Assembly (NCBI GenBank): GCA_964199315.1
Contig: OZ116710.1
Location: 10,726,001-10,790,000, forward strand
Direction: 5' to 3'
Length of the DNA: 64,000 bases
DNA from: Orbicella franksi
Taxonomy: Eukaryota
Positions 1-9,991 of the stretch are shown piece after piece. A program made the translations under genes and the position numbers. Below the pieces are notes generated by a model, which worked only from the letters and a program-made list of their open reading frames with translations, was not told the origin of the DNA and searched no databases. Within the stretch, counting starts at the first letter, position 1, and each line of letters begins with the position of its first letter.

Positions 1-40
1 ACCAAAGCCAAACTGCTTCCTCTCGTAAAAGCTCACTTAC

Positions 41-2874
41 TGAATTTGAAACCTTGCATGGTACCCTTGGTAAGGAAGAATTTCTTATTGCTATATAGCA
101 CGTCAGTGAAACTGAAATTTAAAAGAAAATACCCTTCGTGTACACTTTCAGATGTAGCATAGCTGCGTGAATGCTTTGAAAGTTGCCAGTTACGTCACAA
201 CACATCTTGTTGCTTAGCGACATCACTGCTCAAAAAACACAGGCGCAGTCAAATTTTCATGAGGAGTTAGCAGCCTATAGTATACCCTGGTCCCAGAGGG
301 TTTTTTTTATTTTTCTCTTTTCTTGATTTTCTCCGCATGAGAGAGGTGCGAAGCGGCGCGAATTTCTCGCGGCTCTCTCATGCGGAGAAAAATCAAGAAA
401 AAGCTTTTGAACCACGGTACCTATAGTGTTACCCTGGATGAAGCCCCTTCTTAATACGTTTAATACTTTGCCATATGAACCCAGCAGGAATTGCAAAGCT
501 GTCATTTGTGTTTGGCTTACCATCGACCTCTACGTGTACACATGGCGGCCACATCATGTAGCACGACTAGCATTTTGTAGAATCAATAATAATTTTGTTT
601 TTTTTTGTGTGTGTGTGTGTGTGTGTGTTTGACCTTGTGTCCTACAGCTTCTCTCGTCTGTTGAATCTGTGGAATTGTTGAATGCAGACCACCTCAGGGA
701 ACAAGTTTGTAACCTCTTGTTTAACTGTAAAATTAAACTATTGCTTAAGAGTGCTTTTCATCACGCAAGATCTAAGATGTTAGAAGTTACCTTATCAGTT
801 CTTGCAATGTATCCTTTCTCCCTCGGTTTCCATTCCAATCTCAGAACATTTTGTGGAATCGCAGACGGATACTGTCAAGTAATTTGTATCGCTTCGATCG
901 TTGATTCTTTTATCAACTGATTTTACTGGGTCGCTGAATGGCAAAGGAAGTTTATTCTAGTTCTGTTCCTCCCTCAGCCGTCTTACCTTAACTTCACTTG
1001 GGGTTACAAAGGGACGTTAAGGATAGAAAGGGACACCTATCAAATACAAAGACTATTAATAAAGTTGTGGCCTTACTACACTAAAATACCCCAATTTTAA
1101 GCTCAAATCAGAAGTGAAATGAGGTTAAGCCAATTTGAATTTAAGCAAGAGAGCATCTTTTTTTTTTGGGTACATAGCTTCATCTAAACACGAGGGGGTT
1201 TGGGAGAATTTGAGACAGTTATGCAAACCCAAGACATAGTCGAGGGTTTGCATAACTTTCAAGAATTCTCCCAACCCCCCAAGTGTTTAGATGAAGCTAT
1301 GTAAACACGGAAAAAGTACATGTACTCTGTTGCTTTTATAAAATATTTCTCCAAAATATGTACGAATCTAAAACGTCACAACCGCGTTTACATAGTCTCA
1401 TCTAAGCACACCTATCGACCAATGGGAGCGCGCGTAGTGTCTCAGTTATTTTATAAAACGAAATCCATGACTTCTGCTGTCTTTTATTTAGATCGTGGAT
1501 TTGATTTTAACAAGGACACATGAACTGTCTGCTCAAGAAGTCAAGCTCGTAAGTTCACTGACTGTAGTCTGTTTTGTGTGATTGCCCTTTACGTCATTTC
1601 CAAGAGCGAACAAGGTCTTCTGAATTCGTTCTACAATACCTGGTAGACTGTCAAGTAGCAGAGGAGAAAGAGGAAAATCACGAACTTTCCCATGTTACGT
1701 TAGACTAAGAGTACCGTATTTACTCGGTTAAACCCCGTGGCGTTTATTGAATTTTTCGTGATTCGAGTGCGGCGTTTATTCGAGTATATACGGTAGTCCG
1801 TCTTCCGCTTCTCGCCCCCAGGATTTTGCGCGGCCAATTCTTCCTCGCGGTTTTCTTTCGTGTCACGTACGGCGGACTAAGCGAAAGACGGGCTACTCGT
1901 AGTCTTATGTTGCCTTCTTGTACCTAAATGTTTCAAACTAACAATGAAAGAAATGTTTTGGAGTCAGCAAGGAGAATTAATAGTTTGATCCTAGGATTGA
2001 AAGGGTAAAATGGCTATAAAAAAAGTTTGATTTTTGTTTCTAGTTGACCCTCCTCAAATCTTCCCGTCTTAAAAATTACGTTCGCCTAATTTAATTTTTA
2101 AATTAATTTTCTTCAGTTTGGTTAATTTTATTGTTCTTGGTTGCGGGGAACATTTGCTGTGCCCTACAATTTTACAAAAATGTTACGCCATGTGAATAAC
2201 CAATCCTTTTTCCGGGCTTGGTACTGGTAAAATGTTTTCCCGCGCTTGGTGCTGGTTACATGTTTTCCCGCGCAATTACAACACGCGCTTCCCGCGTGTT
2301 GTGATTGGGTTACTGCGTCGCCTACTTCTGTTGTGATTGGTCAGGTGTGATTTCTTTGATTTGCTTTTTCGATACTCGTTATAAAACCGTTCCTTGGCAA
2401 CAACGTTCCTTGGCGTGTTAAGCCATCATTTTAACATTTGGAGGGTATATTCATCGTGAATGACCTTAGAACGTTTTAGATTACAAAAATCATCGTCATC
2501 TGACTCTACCTGTTTGTATAGCTTGTCAAGGACGTGATCTACCTTCATCTCAGCTGGATAGTTTTCTGGGGGAGTGTGTTGGGAGCAATTGTCGGCTGTG
2601 CTGCCGAGCTCGCGTCTTTTTACATCAAAGGCCCGTGACTGTACGAGGAAGGCATGTGACCTCTAATCGGATTGGATGCGTAAGGCCTGGACCCGAAGCA
2701 TCGTGATGTCCAGTACTGTATAACAGTAATTGATAAATGAGGAACTAACTTCGAGATTTGTTGTGAGCCACAACGGAACGTTGCTAGTGATCGTGTTACT
2801 GGCGGATCTGATAAGCCTCGTTAATTTTTGCGAGTATATATGCGGACGCTTGAGGATTTCAACGGCACAATTCC
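41..2874 (-). CDS. Unidentified multi-exon protein-coding gene, partial (5' end unresolved, 3' end beyond the left edge)
   Basis: AG/GT exons with consistent phases: 2874-2750, 2638-2510, 1647-1640 (8 nt), 996-987 (10 nt), 871-791, 724-646, 566-521, 111-41. Joined reading: NCAVEILKRPHIYSQKLTRLIRSASNTITSNVPLWLTTNLE-SRAFDVKRRELGSTADNCSQHTPPENYPAEMKVDHVLDKLYKQ-STS-EVK-YPSAIPQNVLRLEWKPREKGYIARTDK-LNKRLQTCSLRWSAFNNSTDSTDERS-FVLHDVAAMCTRRGR-CFTDVLYSNKKFFLTKGTMQGFKF. No family recognised. Confidence 0.5.
282..419. mobile_element. Palindromic MITE-like repeat
   Basis: Arms taccctggtcccaga...ttttcttgattttctccgcatgagagag and ctctctcatgcggagaaaaatcaagaaaa...ggaaccacggta. CTATAGT occurs on both flanks (275-281, 421-427). 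Confidence 0.7.
605..628. repeat. (TG)n microsatellite
   Basis: Direct reading of the sequence. Confidence 0.95.
1171..1302. mobile_element. Palindromic interspersed repeat (MITE-like)
   Basis: Long inverted arms tacatagcttcatctaaacac...gttatgcaaaccc / gggtttgcataac...gtgtttagatgaagctatgta. Confidence 0.75.
1701..1905. mobile_element. Inverted-repeat element (host) interrupted by a nested MITE
   Basis: Removing 1712-1795 restores the left arm tagactaagagtagtccgtcttccgc, which matches the reverse complement of the right arm gcgaaagacgggctactcgtagtct. Confidence 0.65.
1712..1795. mobile_element. Short Tc1/mariner-type MITE at a TA site
   Basis: TIRs taccgtatttactcg / cgagtatatacggta, with TA at both ends. 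The superfamily assignment is inferred from the TA target. Confidence 0.7.
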
Positions 2875-3599
2875 CTGGTATAGCGGTATTTTAACGACGC
2901 CGGATGCTTGGGCTGACATTGCTTAAGACATACATGTACAACTCAACCACTTGATGACAAAATACAACATGAAGGATTCCAATATAATGGAACAACAGAA
3001 CTTTATACCAAATTCAAATTATACGTAATAATATAAATATAGGCATTAAAAGTTTACACACTTCTTTTAATCATGTCCTGTTGTTTGTTGGTTATTTTAG
3101 AGCATGTATGACTGTTTTTCAATGAATTTTAAGTCACTTCCCGGCAAATAAAACAAACGTCATCTGCTCAAAATGAAGTAGTAAGACGATTGTGTTTTTT
3201 TCTTTCTCAGTCACGTTCCACGTGTCCTTGCCCGATCATTATCTATCGTTTTGATCTAGTTTCGTTTGCGAGTGAGCGCACGTCTGTTCCTAAAAAGGTC
3301 GCTGCTGGCAGGTGTGCCATGTTAGGGTACCTGCTTAAGAAATTATATATCCTTCGAGGGAATTGGCGGGACGAGTTGCCTCAACAGTTGAAGCTGGTAA
3401 AAAGATAAAGAATCTTAGTCATTTGGACGACAAGTCATGAAAGAATCACTGGTCTGGCAGGCAAAGTAACCTCGAAGTTAAATCTTAGCTGTTCGTGGTA
3501 GCAAGTTCATGGAAGTACCAGTTATTTGAAACATAGCGTCTTAAAAATTTATCCGTCAACGTGTTCTACGTAAAACGAAAATAATCGAGACATCGTGAG

Positions 3600-4150
3600 T
3601 TTTTTTCAACCGTAAGCAAAGTTTCGATTCCTTGATGAAGATTTCAAGCTTTCATATTATGACAAACTGAATGAGTTATTTGTCAAACCATATGGCAGGG
3701 TTTTTGTTTTGTGGACATTTTAGGCGGACACAGTCAATGCCTTATTGTCCATAAAAATGTGTCTAATAACACATTCATCTTGTGTTTTTACTAAATAATT
3801 CAAAGAGGGAGTTTTTCTGGCTTGTCGGAAAGGACGCTCGTTCTTGACAGAAAAAAACAAAACAGAAAATAAGCGACGAAAATACTGGAGACGTGGTGAT
3901 TTTCTTTAAACCGCATAAAGCAAAGTTTCAAAGTATTTTAGCCTTGATGAGGATGTTAGGCTTTCATGTTATGGAAAACTGAATGAGTGACCTGTCAAAC
4001 CATGTGGCAGGGCGTTTTGTTTTGAAGACGCCTCAGACGAATACAATTCCGTGTCGACAAAGTTCAGATTGTCTTATGACACCTACATCTTGTACAGACT
4101 AAATAATTCAAAGAGGGAATTGTTCTGGCTTGTCTGAAAAGACGCTTGTT
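3600..4150. repeat. Diverged ~308-bp tandem duplication (two copies, partial third near 4225-4260)
   Basis: Shared blocks such as ctaaataattcaaagaggga at 3791 and 4099, and gtcaaacca(t/tg)tggcaggg and aactgaatgagt in both copies. Confidence 0.8.
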
Positions 4151-7100
4151 GTTCAAAAGTATCACAGGCGTGTCGCTTAAACGCTTGAGGTAAACACAAC
4201 ACGATGTTGTATAAAAACGTGTGCACTGACACCTACACCATAAACTTAGTAAATAATTCAGACTGCAATTGTTCAGGATTGTTTTGTTATTTCATGGATG
4301 AGACAGGCCTGCGAAAAACAACTCACACACCTGTAACTTTCCTTTTCTTCATTTATCACTGAAAGCAGCGGTGACGAAAATGCAGCAGTATAGTAGCCTC
4401 CTGGTTGGAAATACGAAAAAAAGCGTCGATTGTACATCCTTAAAATAGGGTCGCGGATACGTTCTCTGCAGTTGCTTGAATCAGTTTCTTCCCCCAATGT
4501 TTGTGTGCAATGGTTCGTCAGTATTTAGTCAGTTTTTAGACTTGAGGCGGATAAAGGAGATGAGTTTTACTCTTAAACAGATGGCTTGTGTCCCGACAAA
4601 ATAAAATAATGTTTTCACAATAAACGCAATTACCGAGTGACCCGACTTTGACTTTCCATAAGGGTGAAAACGGGATGGATACAAATACAGTTTGAAATCA
4701 TTCTTCTAGTCATCCGTGTAAAGTGACGGTTAAGTGTATACGGATCAAATCAGAAGAGTTTTCCGTCTGAAACTGCAATCGTCCCGTTTCACACGCCAAG
4801 GTCCGGACTAGCTATTGCACGAACCGGACTCGACGTTCTTGTTTGAAACCGGGCCGTGTTTGTTTTTGGTTCTGTTGAAATTTTCTCTCAGTTTAATCGA
4901 ATCAGTCATGTCTTGCCTACCACTAGCTTTGACAGTTTGTTCAAGTTCCGCTTTGGTTTGTTATGACTGGCCAATTGAAACAGGTGCAAAGTAAGCTATC
5001 CAATCACCGCGAAGAGGTTGTCCCGCGCTATACATGTGGCTCATTGACTGACGACTGATCGCGTGTTTCCCCGCGCTTTCTATTGGTGACATGTTTGGCT
5101 TGAAGTGTTGATTGACAGTTATAAATAAACTGCCCTATTAAAGAAAGCTAACCTTTAATTACTGTTTGGAAAATGAAATTAGTCAATAAAGCTTTTATTT
5201 CATTACTGGTTACACCTCAAACCCGCAGAACTTCGTTGATAAATAACCTCCCGTGTATTTCTCAGGGTTTGACAAAACAAGTCTTGGGTTTTTCATTATT
5301 TATCTCACCTTCACCGGTTATCTGTTTAAAAGCAAGGTCAGTGACAACGATAAGAAAAGATCTTAGCCGGTGAATAAACATTCCAGTTTCTTTCTATTTC
5401 CAAATACGTACTTTTAGTATAAGAGAAAATGATGAACATTTTTGGAATTTTTTTTTTTTTAATCAACGAAACATTAGATTCTGTCTCCAACCATTCTTTG
5501 AATATTCACTGTGTTTACAAAAATTTGGTTTATCTGACACCTGCTTAGAAAAAAGTAGATCAAGTTCTAAATGCGACTATTTGAACTCTTAAGTGCCGAT
5601 TTCTTTAAATTCTTTGTTAAATTTCCGTTCCTATTCAAGCGAAGATATTCTGCCATATAACGCTGAGAGAAAGTCGTATTTTCCAGGTGTTAAAATTCCT
5701 GGTGTGGTACCGCTCAGGGTATGTTTTCTAAAATGACCACCCTGCGAGTCCTCTTAGCCCATCCCACCCGGGCTGTTTTCACGTCCAACGCAAACAATGG
5801 TACAAAAATTTAAGGTTGAAATGACTTGACTTATTAATGAAGATTGTTCAGTGGTTTCCATGGTTAAGAGGGGACTTGAACAGCTGAGTAATTCTGACCG
5901 GCGTAACGGTATTCTTAAAGGTTAATAGACTAAGGTGTTGCTGCAGTAAAATTGCAAATAGGATGTTGAATAAACTGATAAGTAAAAACGTGTTCACCCA
6001 GATTTTTATAGTTAACTGAGTTAATTCCGGTCTTCCCTTGTAAAACGACAATTGCGTTTATCGTTTTCGAATTCAGAAGTTATTTCCTCTTCTGTGTCAT
6101 TCAGGGGTTGTTTTTTTCCACCATCCTATGTACCAAACCCTAATTTTGAAATGTCTTTTACTAAATTTAGACACAATTTTAATGCTTGGTGATATTTCGA
6201 TTTTCCTTTGAACTGTGCTGTGTTGTAGTTCACTTGTCGTTGTAAATTGTGGTTCCGCCATCTGTAGTCTGCGAGCGGAACGAAGTTTTTCGCCACAGTT
6301 TCTATCGTGGGAAAGGCATTCTTCTCTTTACTTAATGAAAACTAACCTTGCCTGCAGATACCGGTAGTAGCTTTTCGAGAGGCGGTTTTATTTGTAGAGG
6401 ATAAGAATTCGTTACCAGGCCTTAAGAGAATTTTGTAAAGAAGGCTGGGTCTGCCTGTCAATTTAGAAGGATTGTTTAGTGATCTTATTGTTTACATTTT
6501 GTTTTAAGTGAGAACTCGTTTGTTGAACAGACGGCACGTAACATTGCAAGAAAGGGGATATAAATTTACGTTCGGGGTATAAATTTAATTTCGATAGTGG
6601 ATTTGAGCGCTACAGCATGTTTGCAAAGGCGCTTTTAGGCTGTTCGCAAAGTGTCGAATTTCTCGTTCAATATTTCCTTGGCTATTCCTCACATTTACGC
6701 TTGTCATGGTTATTTTAAAATAGTGAAAAGTATCACAGCCTCTATTGTTCTATATATCGGATTTCTGTGCTCACGGTAATGCTATCGAAATGAATCACCC
6801 ACATGAAGCAGATCTTTGAAGTGTTACAGTTTTGAATTTCGTGCCACTCCCTTCCTCTGCCTACCTCCGCCACACGCCTACAACAACCCTAAGTCGCAAC
6901 TGATTAAATTCTGGCAGCGCTTGCCCAACAAAACAAATATTATTTCGTTGTCAAACTACCGACCACGTCCACCGTGAAAACCAGGTGGTGATTTCATGGT
7001 AATCCAACGCATAAAAGATGGTTGTTATATTATGATTATTATAGTCTAGAACAACCAATAAATAATGTTAAAACTTCCTGCAACTGTTTTTTGTCCCACT

Positions 7101-9211
7101 CAGTTTTGTATTTGGAAGGAAATGGATTATTTATCCGGATTCATGCATGAGGAATTTCCGCCGGGTAGCCCTTGAAGCCAAGTTTTATTCTTCGTCAATG
7201 AAGTGTGGTTCTTTGGGAATTTCCTGATAGAAAATGGCGCCCCTTATAAACCTCAAAAATGTGTTAAGTGACGCTGTGGACAAAGGACAGTTTTTGTGTG
7301 CAATAGACATTTATTTTTTCTTTACGATGACATTTAATGGTGACACCGTTAAAACATGTGCCGTTAGAAAAATAGACTATTGTTTACACCAGCTGACCTT
7401 TTGCCCGTTTGCTTATAGTTGACTAACAGCAGCCTCGACAATTAATCCCACACACGAAACATTTCTCTCATAGCGTTGTAATGATGGCTTCGTTTTACCG
7501 CCATTTTCACTCAGGTATTTTCTCAGATGCCTCCCAAAAAGCCAAACGTTTTTTAGTTGATGAAAAAATGTTTCATTAAGTCGTCAACAAAACCACCCCG
7601 TAAAGCCGTCAATCCTTTCACAATTTTTTTTCCAAATGTTTTGTCGATAATAAATGATAACTAACTTAAGTAGTGCTATATTCTTTTCTCTTGTTTAATT
7701 TGATTCATGTTATGTTATCAGAAAGCGTCGTTCTCAGGTGTCAAATCGGAGTTTAAATTCTCCACTTGACCACTATTGTTAAAAAATTAGTTAACGATGT
7801 CTTCGCACATCCTGTCTGTCAATTATAGTTGACATGAAATAAATATGAGGGCGCAACGGTCGCCATATAGGCATTTCATTGGTTCGCGTCCCAGCCAATC
7901 GTATTTCGACTTGTACATCGTGCGACGATGGCGCTGCGAAAGGCTCGCAACGGATTGTTTTTATGCCGTGAAAATTCAGTTCGGAAATAGCTGTAGTTTG
8001 AGGTGGAACACCGAGCAATACAGACTCCATTTATCCCGGGCGCGTTTTGCCGCGAGTTATAACAGTTCCAATTCGATTTTTGAGTAGTTTTCGTCGGTTC
8101 AGGATCTTGGTGAAGAAACCAACAATACAAGTACTGAAGCTGTTTAATGATTATATAACAAGACCGCCAAACAAGAAAGAAATGCTCAGTTGCTTTCATT
8201 TGAAGGATCACACCGATTAGGGACTTAAATCTTTATTTTTCTCAAGTCACGAAAACAAATATTATTACATGTATAGTGTATTTAATATGTAGTATATTTC
8301 AAAAAAGTTGAAGAATTTACAGTTTACTGTTTAGTTTAAAGGAGAACAAAAAAAATTAACTGATTCGGGTATTGGTATGACGGTAAACAATTTTTGCTTT
8401 TGAAAAAGCAAATACGCTAAGTTCTTTGAAAGATGACTTGGTACGGTAAAATAGACAGCAACATTAAAGGTGAATGGCCACAGATTTAAAGGTTTTATCA
8501 ACAGATATACAAACAAGAAGCACCTTGTACCTGATGCACATGAAACTATTAGCTACCATTGCTCAACAGCTTTCTTTTCAATGTTCACAGACTGGGTTTC
8601 ATCTACAGAGTTAAAGATACGAATTACCTTGTATAAAGAACGTAATAAACTGTACCACATAGAAGTAAATCGCTGAACAGCTTTTATTTCAATGTTCGTC
8701 TACAGGCATAAGAGTCTCCTTAATACATAGTGCCATTTAAAAATAACAAACAACACTTGCAAATACTACCCATGAGCTTTAGTTTGAAAGGTCACACGCT
8801 TTGGTTTCATACAAAGACACAATGATATCAATTACTGACCTTCTTTGGGCAGCATAACAAACAGTGCTACATAAAACTACTGCTCGGAAACTTTCTTTTC
8901 AATGCTCACAAGTAGGGTTTAAGTTGCCACCACAGAACAGTTTCGTTCACAGACTTGGACGGTTCAAAACTGAGCAGTGCTGCATGAAAGTTCTCCTCAG
9001 CAGCTTTCATTTGAATGTTTACATACGAGAGTTTTCGTTGAGGGATATGTATTCCTCAAAACCATGCCCTTAATCAGTGACTTGGCGTTTGACTACGAAA
9101 GAGAACAAGTTATGAGTGAACAAGATGTCAGTCAGAATACACTCTTTCTTTGATATGTTTTATAAGAATATCGAGGCTGAAATTTGTGAAATATTAAGAA
9201 AATTTTAACAA

Positions 9212-9246
<35 letters not shown>

Positions 9247-9295
9247 ATTGTACAAAAGCAAACAATTGTCAAATAGTTGTGAAATGTTCGTGGCT

Positions 9296-9341
9296 AGTCT
9301 GACGCGGCGTTTCGTCTCGGCCAAGAGACTCTTCAGAGACC
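9296..9341 (-). ncRNA. Minimal type I hammerhead ribozyme, copy 1
   Basis: Minus strand ggtct-CTGAAGA-gtctc-ttggcc-gagac-GAAA-cgccgc-GTC^agact. Predicted cleavage between 9301 and 9300. Confidence 0.85.
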
Positions 9342-9511
9342 TTTAGAATTCAAAAGCAAACTCGTTGAGCATCACGCCCAAAGTCCCGTTCGCAAATTCT
9401 TGATGTTGACAGTCTGGCCCTCTATCGCAGAAGGATTCCCAACCGTACGTTCACGAGTTAAATTTATACAAAAGCAAACAATTGTCAAATACTTGTGAAA
9501 TGTTCGTGGCT

Positions 9512-9557
9512 AGTCTGACGCGGCGTTTCGTCTCGGCCAAGAGACTCTTCAGAGACC
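9512..9557 (-). ncRNA. Minimal type I hammerhead ribozyme, copy 2
   Basis: Identical motif 216 nt from copy 1. Confidence 0.85.
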
Positions 9558-9727
9558 TTTAGAATTCAAAGGCAAACTCGTTGAGCATCACGCCCAAAGT
9601 CCCGTTCGCAAATTCTTGATGTTGACAGCCTGGCCCTCTATCGCAGAAGGATTCCCAACCGTACGTTCACGAGTTAAATTTATACAAAAGCAAACAATTG
9701 TCAAATACTTGTGAAATGTTCGTGGCT

Positions 9728-9773
9728 AGTCTGACGCGGCGTTTCGTCTCGGCCAAGAGACTCTTCAGAGACC
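9728..9773 (-). ncRNA. Minimal type I hammerhead ribozyme, copy 3
   Basis: Identical motif 216 nt from copy 2. Confidence 0.85.
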
Positions 9774-9945
9774 TTTAGAATTCAAATTTCACAAGTATTT
9801 GACAATTGTTTGCTTTTGTATAAATTTAACTCGTGAACGTACGCTTGGGAATCCTTCTGCGATAGAGGGCCAGACTGTCAACATCAAGAATTTGCGAACG
9901 GGACTTTGGGCGTGATGCTCAACGAGTTTGCCTTTGAATTCTAAA

Positions 9946-9991
9946 GGTCTCTGAAGAGTCTCTTGGCCGAGACGAAACGCCGCGTCAGACT
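9946..9991 (+). ncRNA. Minimal type I hammerhead ribozyme, copy 4 (inverted unit)
   Basis: CTGAAGA 9951-9957; stem II GTCTC 9958-9962 / GAGAC 9969-9973; GAAA 9974-9977; short near-palindromic stem III ACGC-C-GCGT; GTC cleavage triplet ending at 9986; stem I GGTCT/AGACT. Confidence 0.85.

Noticed and set aside
433-465. Extra 33-nt exon (IKRIKKGLHP) or an extended exon 566-433 in the unknown gene
   Set aside because: It needs a 55-nt intron or a phase that the upstream exon cannot supply. The model is phase-consistent without it.
648-880. Plus-strand exon-like segments (LLSSVESVELLNADHLREQ; NILWNRRRILS)
   Set aside because: They are antisense to a better-supported minus-strand exon chain and have weak donors.
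4273-6300. Exon-like patches on both strands (MYNRRFFSYF... at 4437; MAEPQF... at 6261; plus-strand GFDKTSLGFF..., EDILPYNAERK...)
   Set aside because: They could not be joined into a unique phase-consistent model or linked reliably to the gene at 41-2874. The region is unresolved rather than proven non-coding.
9251-9786. Tandem array as a CRISPR or simple satellite
   Set aside because: There are no unique spacers. Whole 216-nt units repeat, with hammerhead cores, an inversion and a TSD, in a eukaryotic context.
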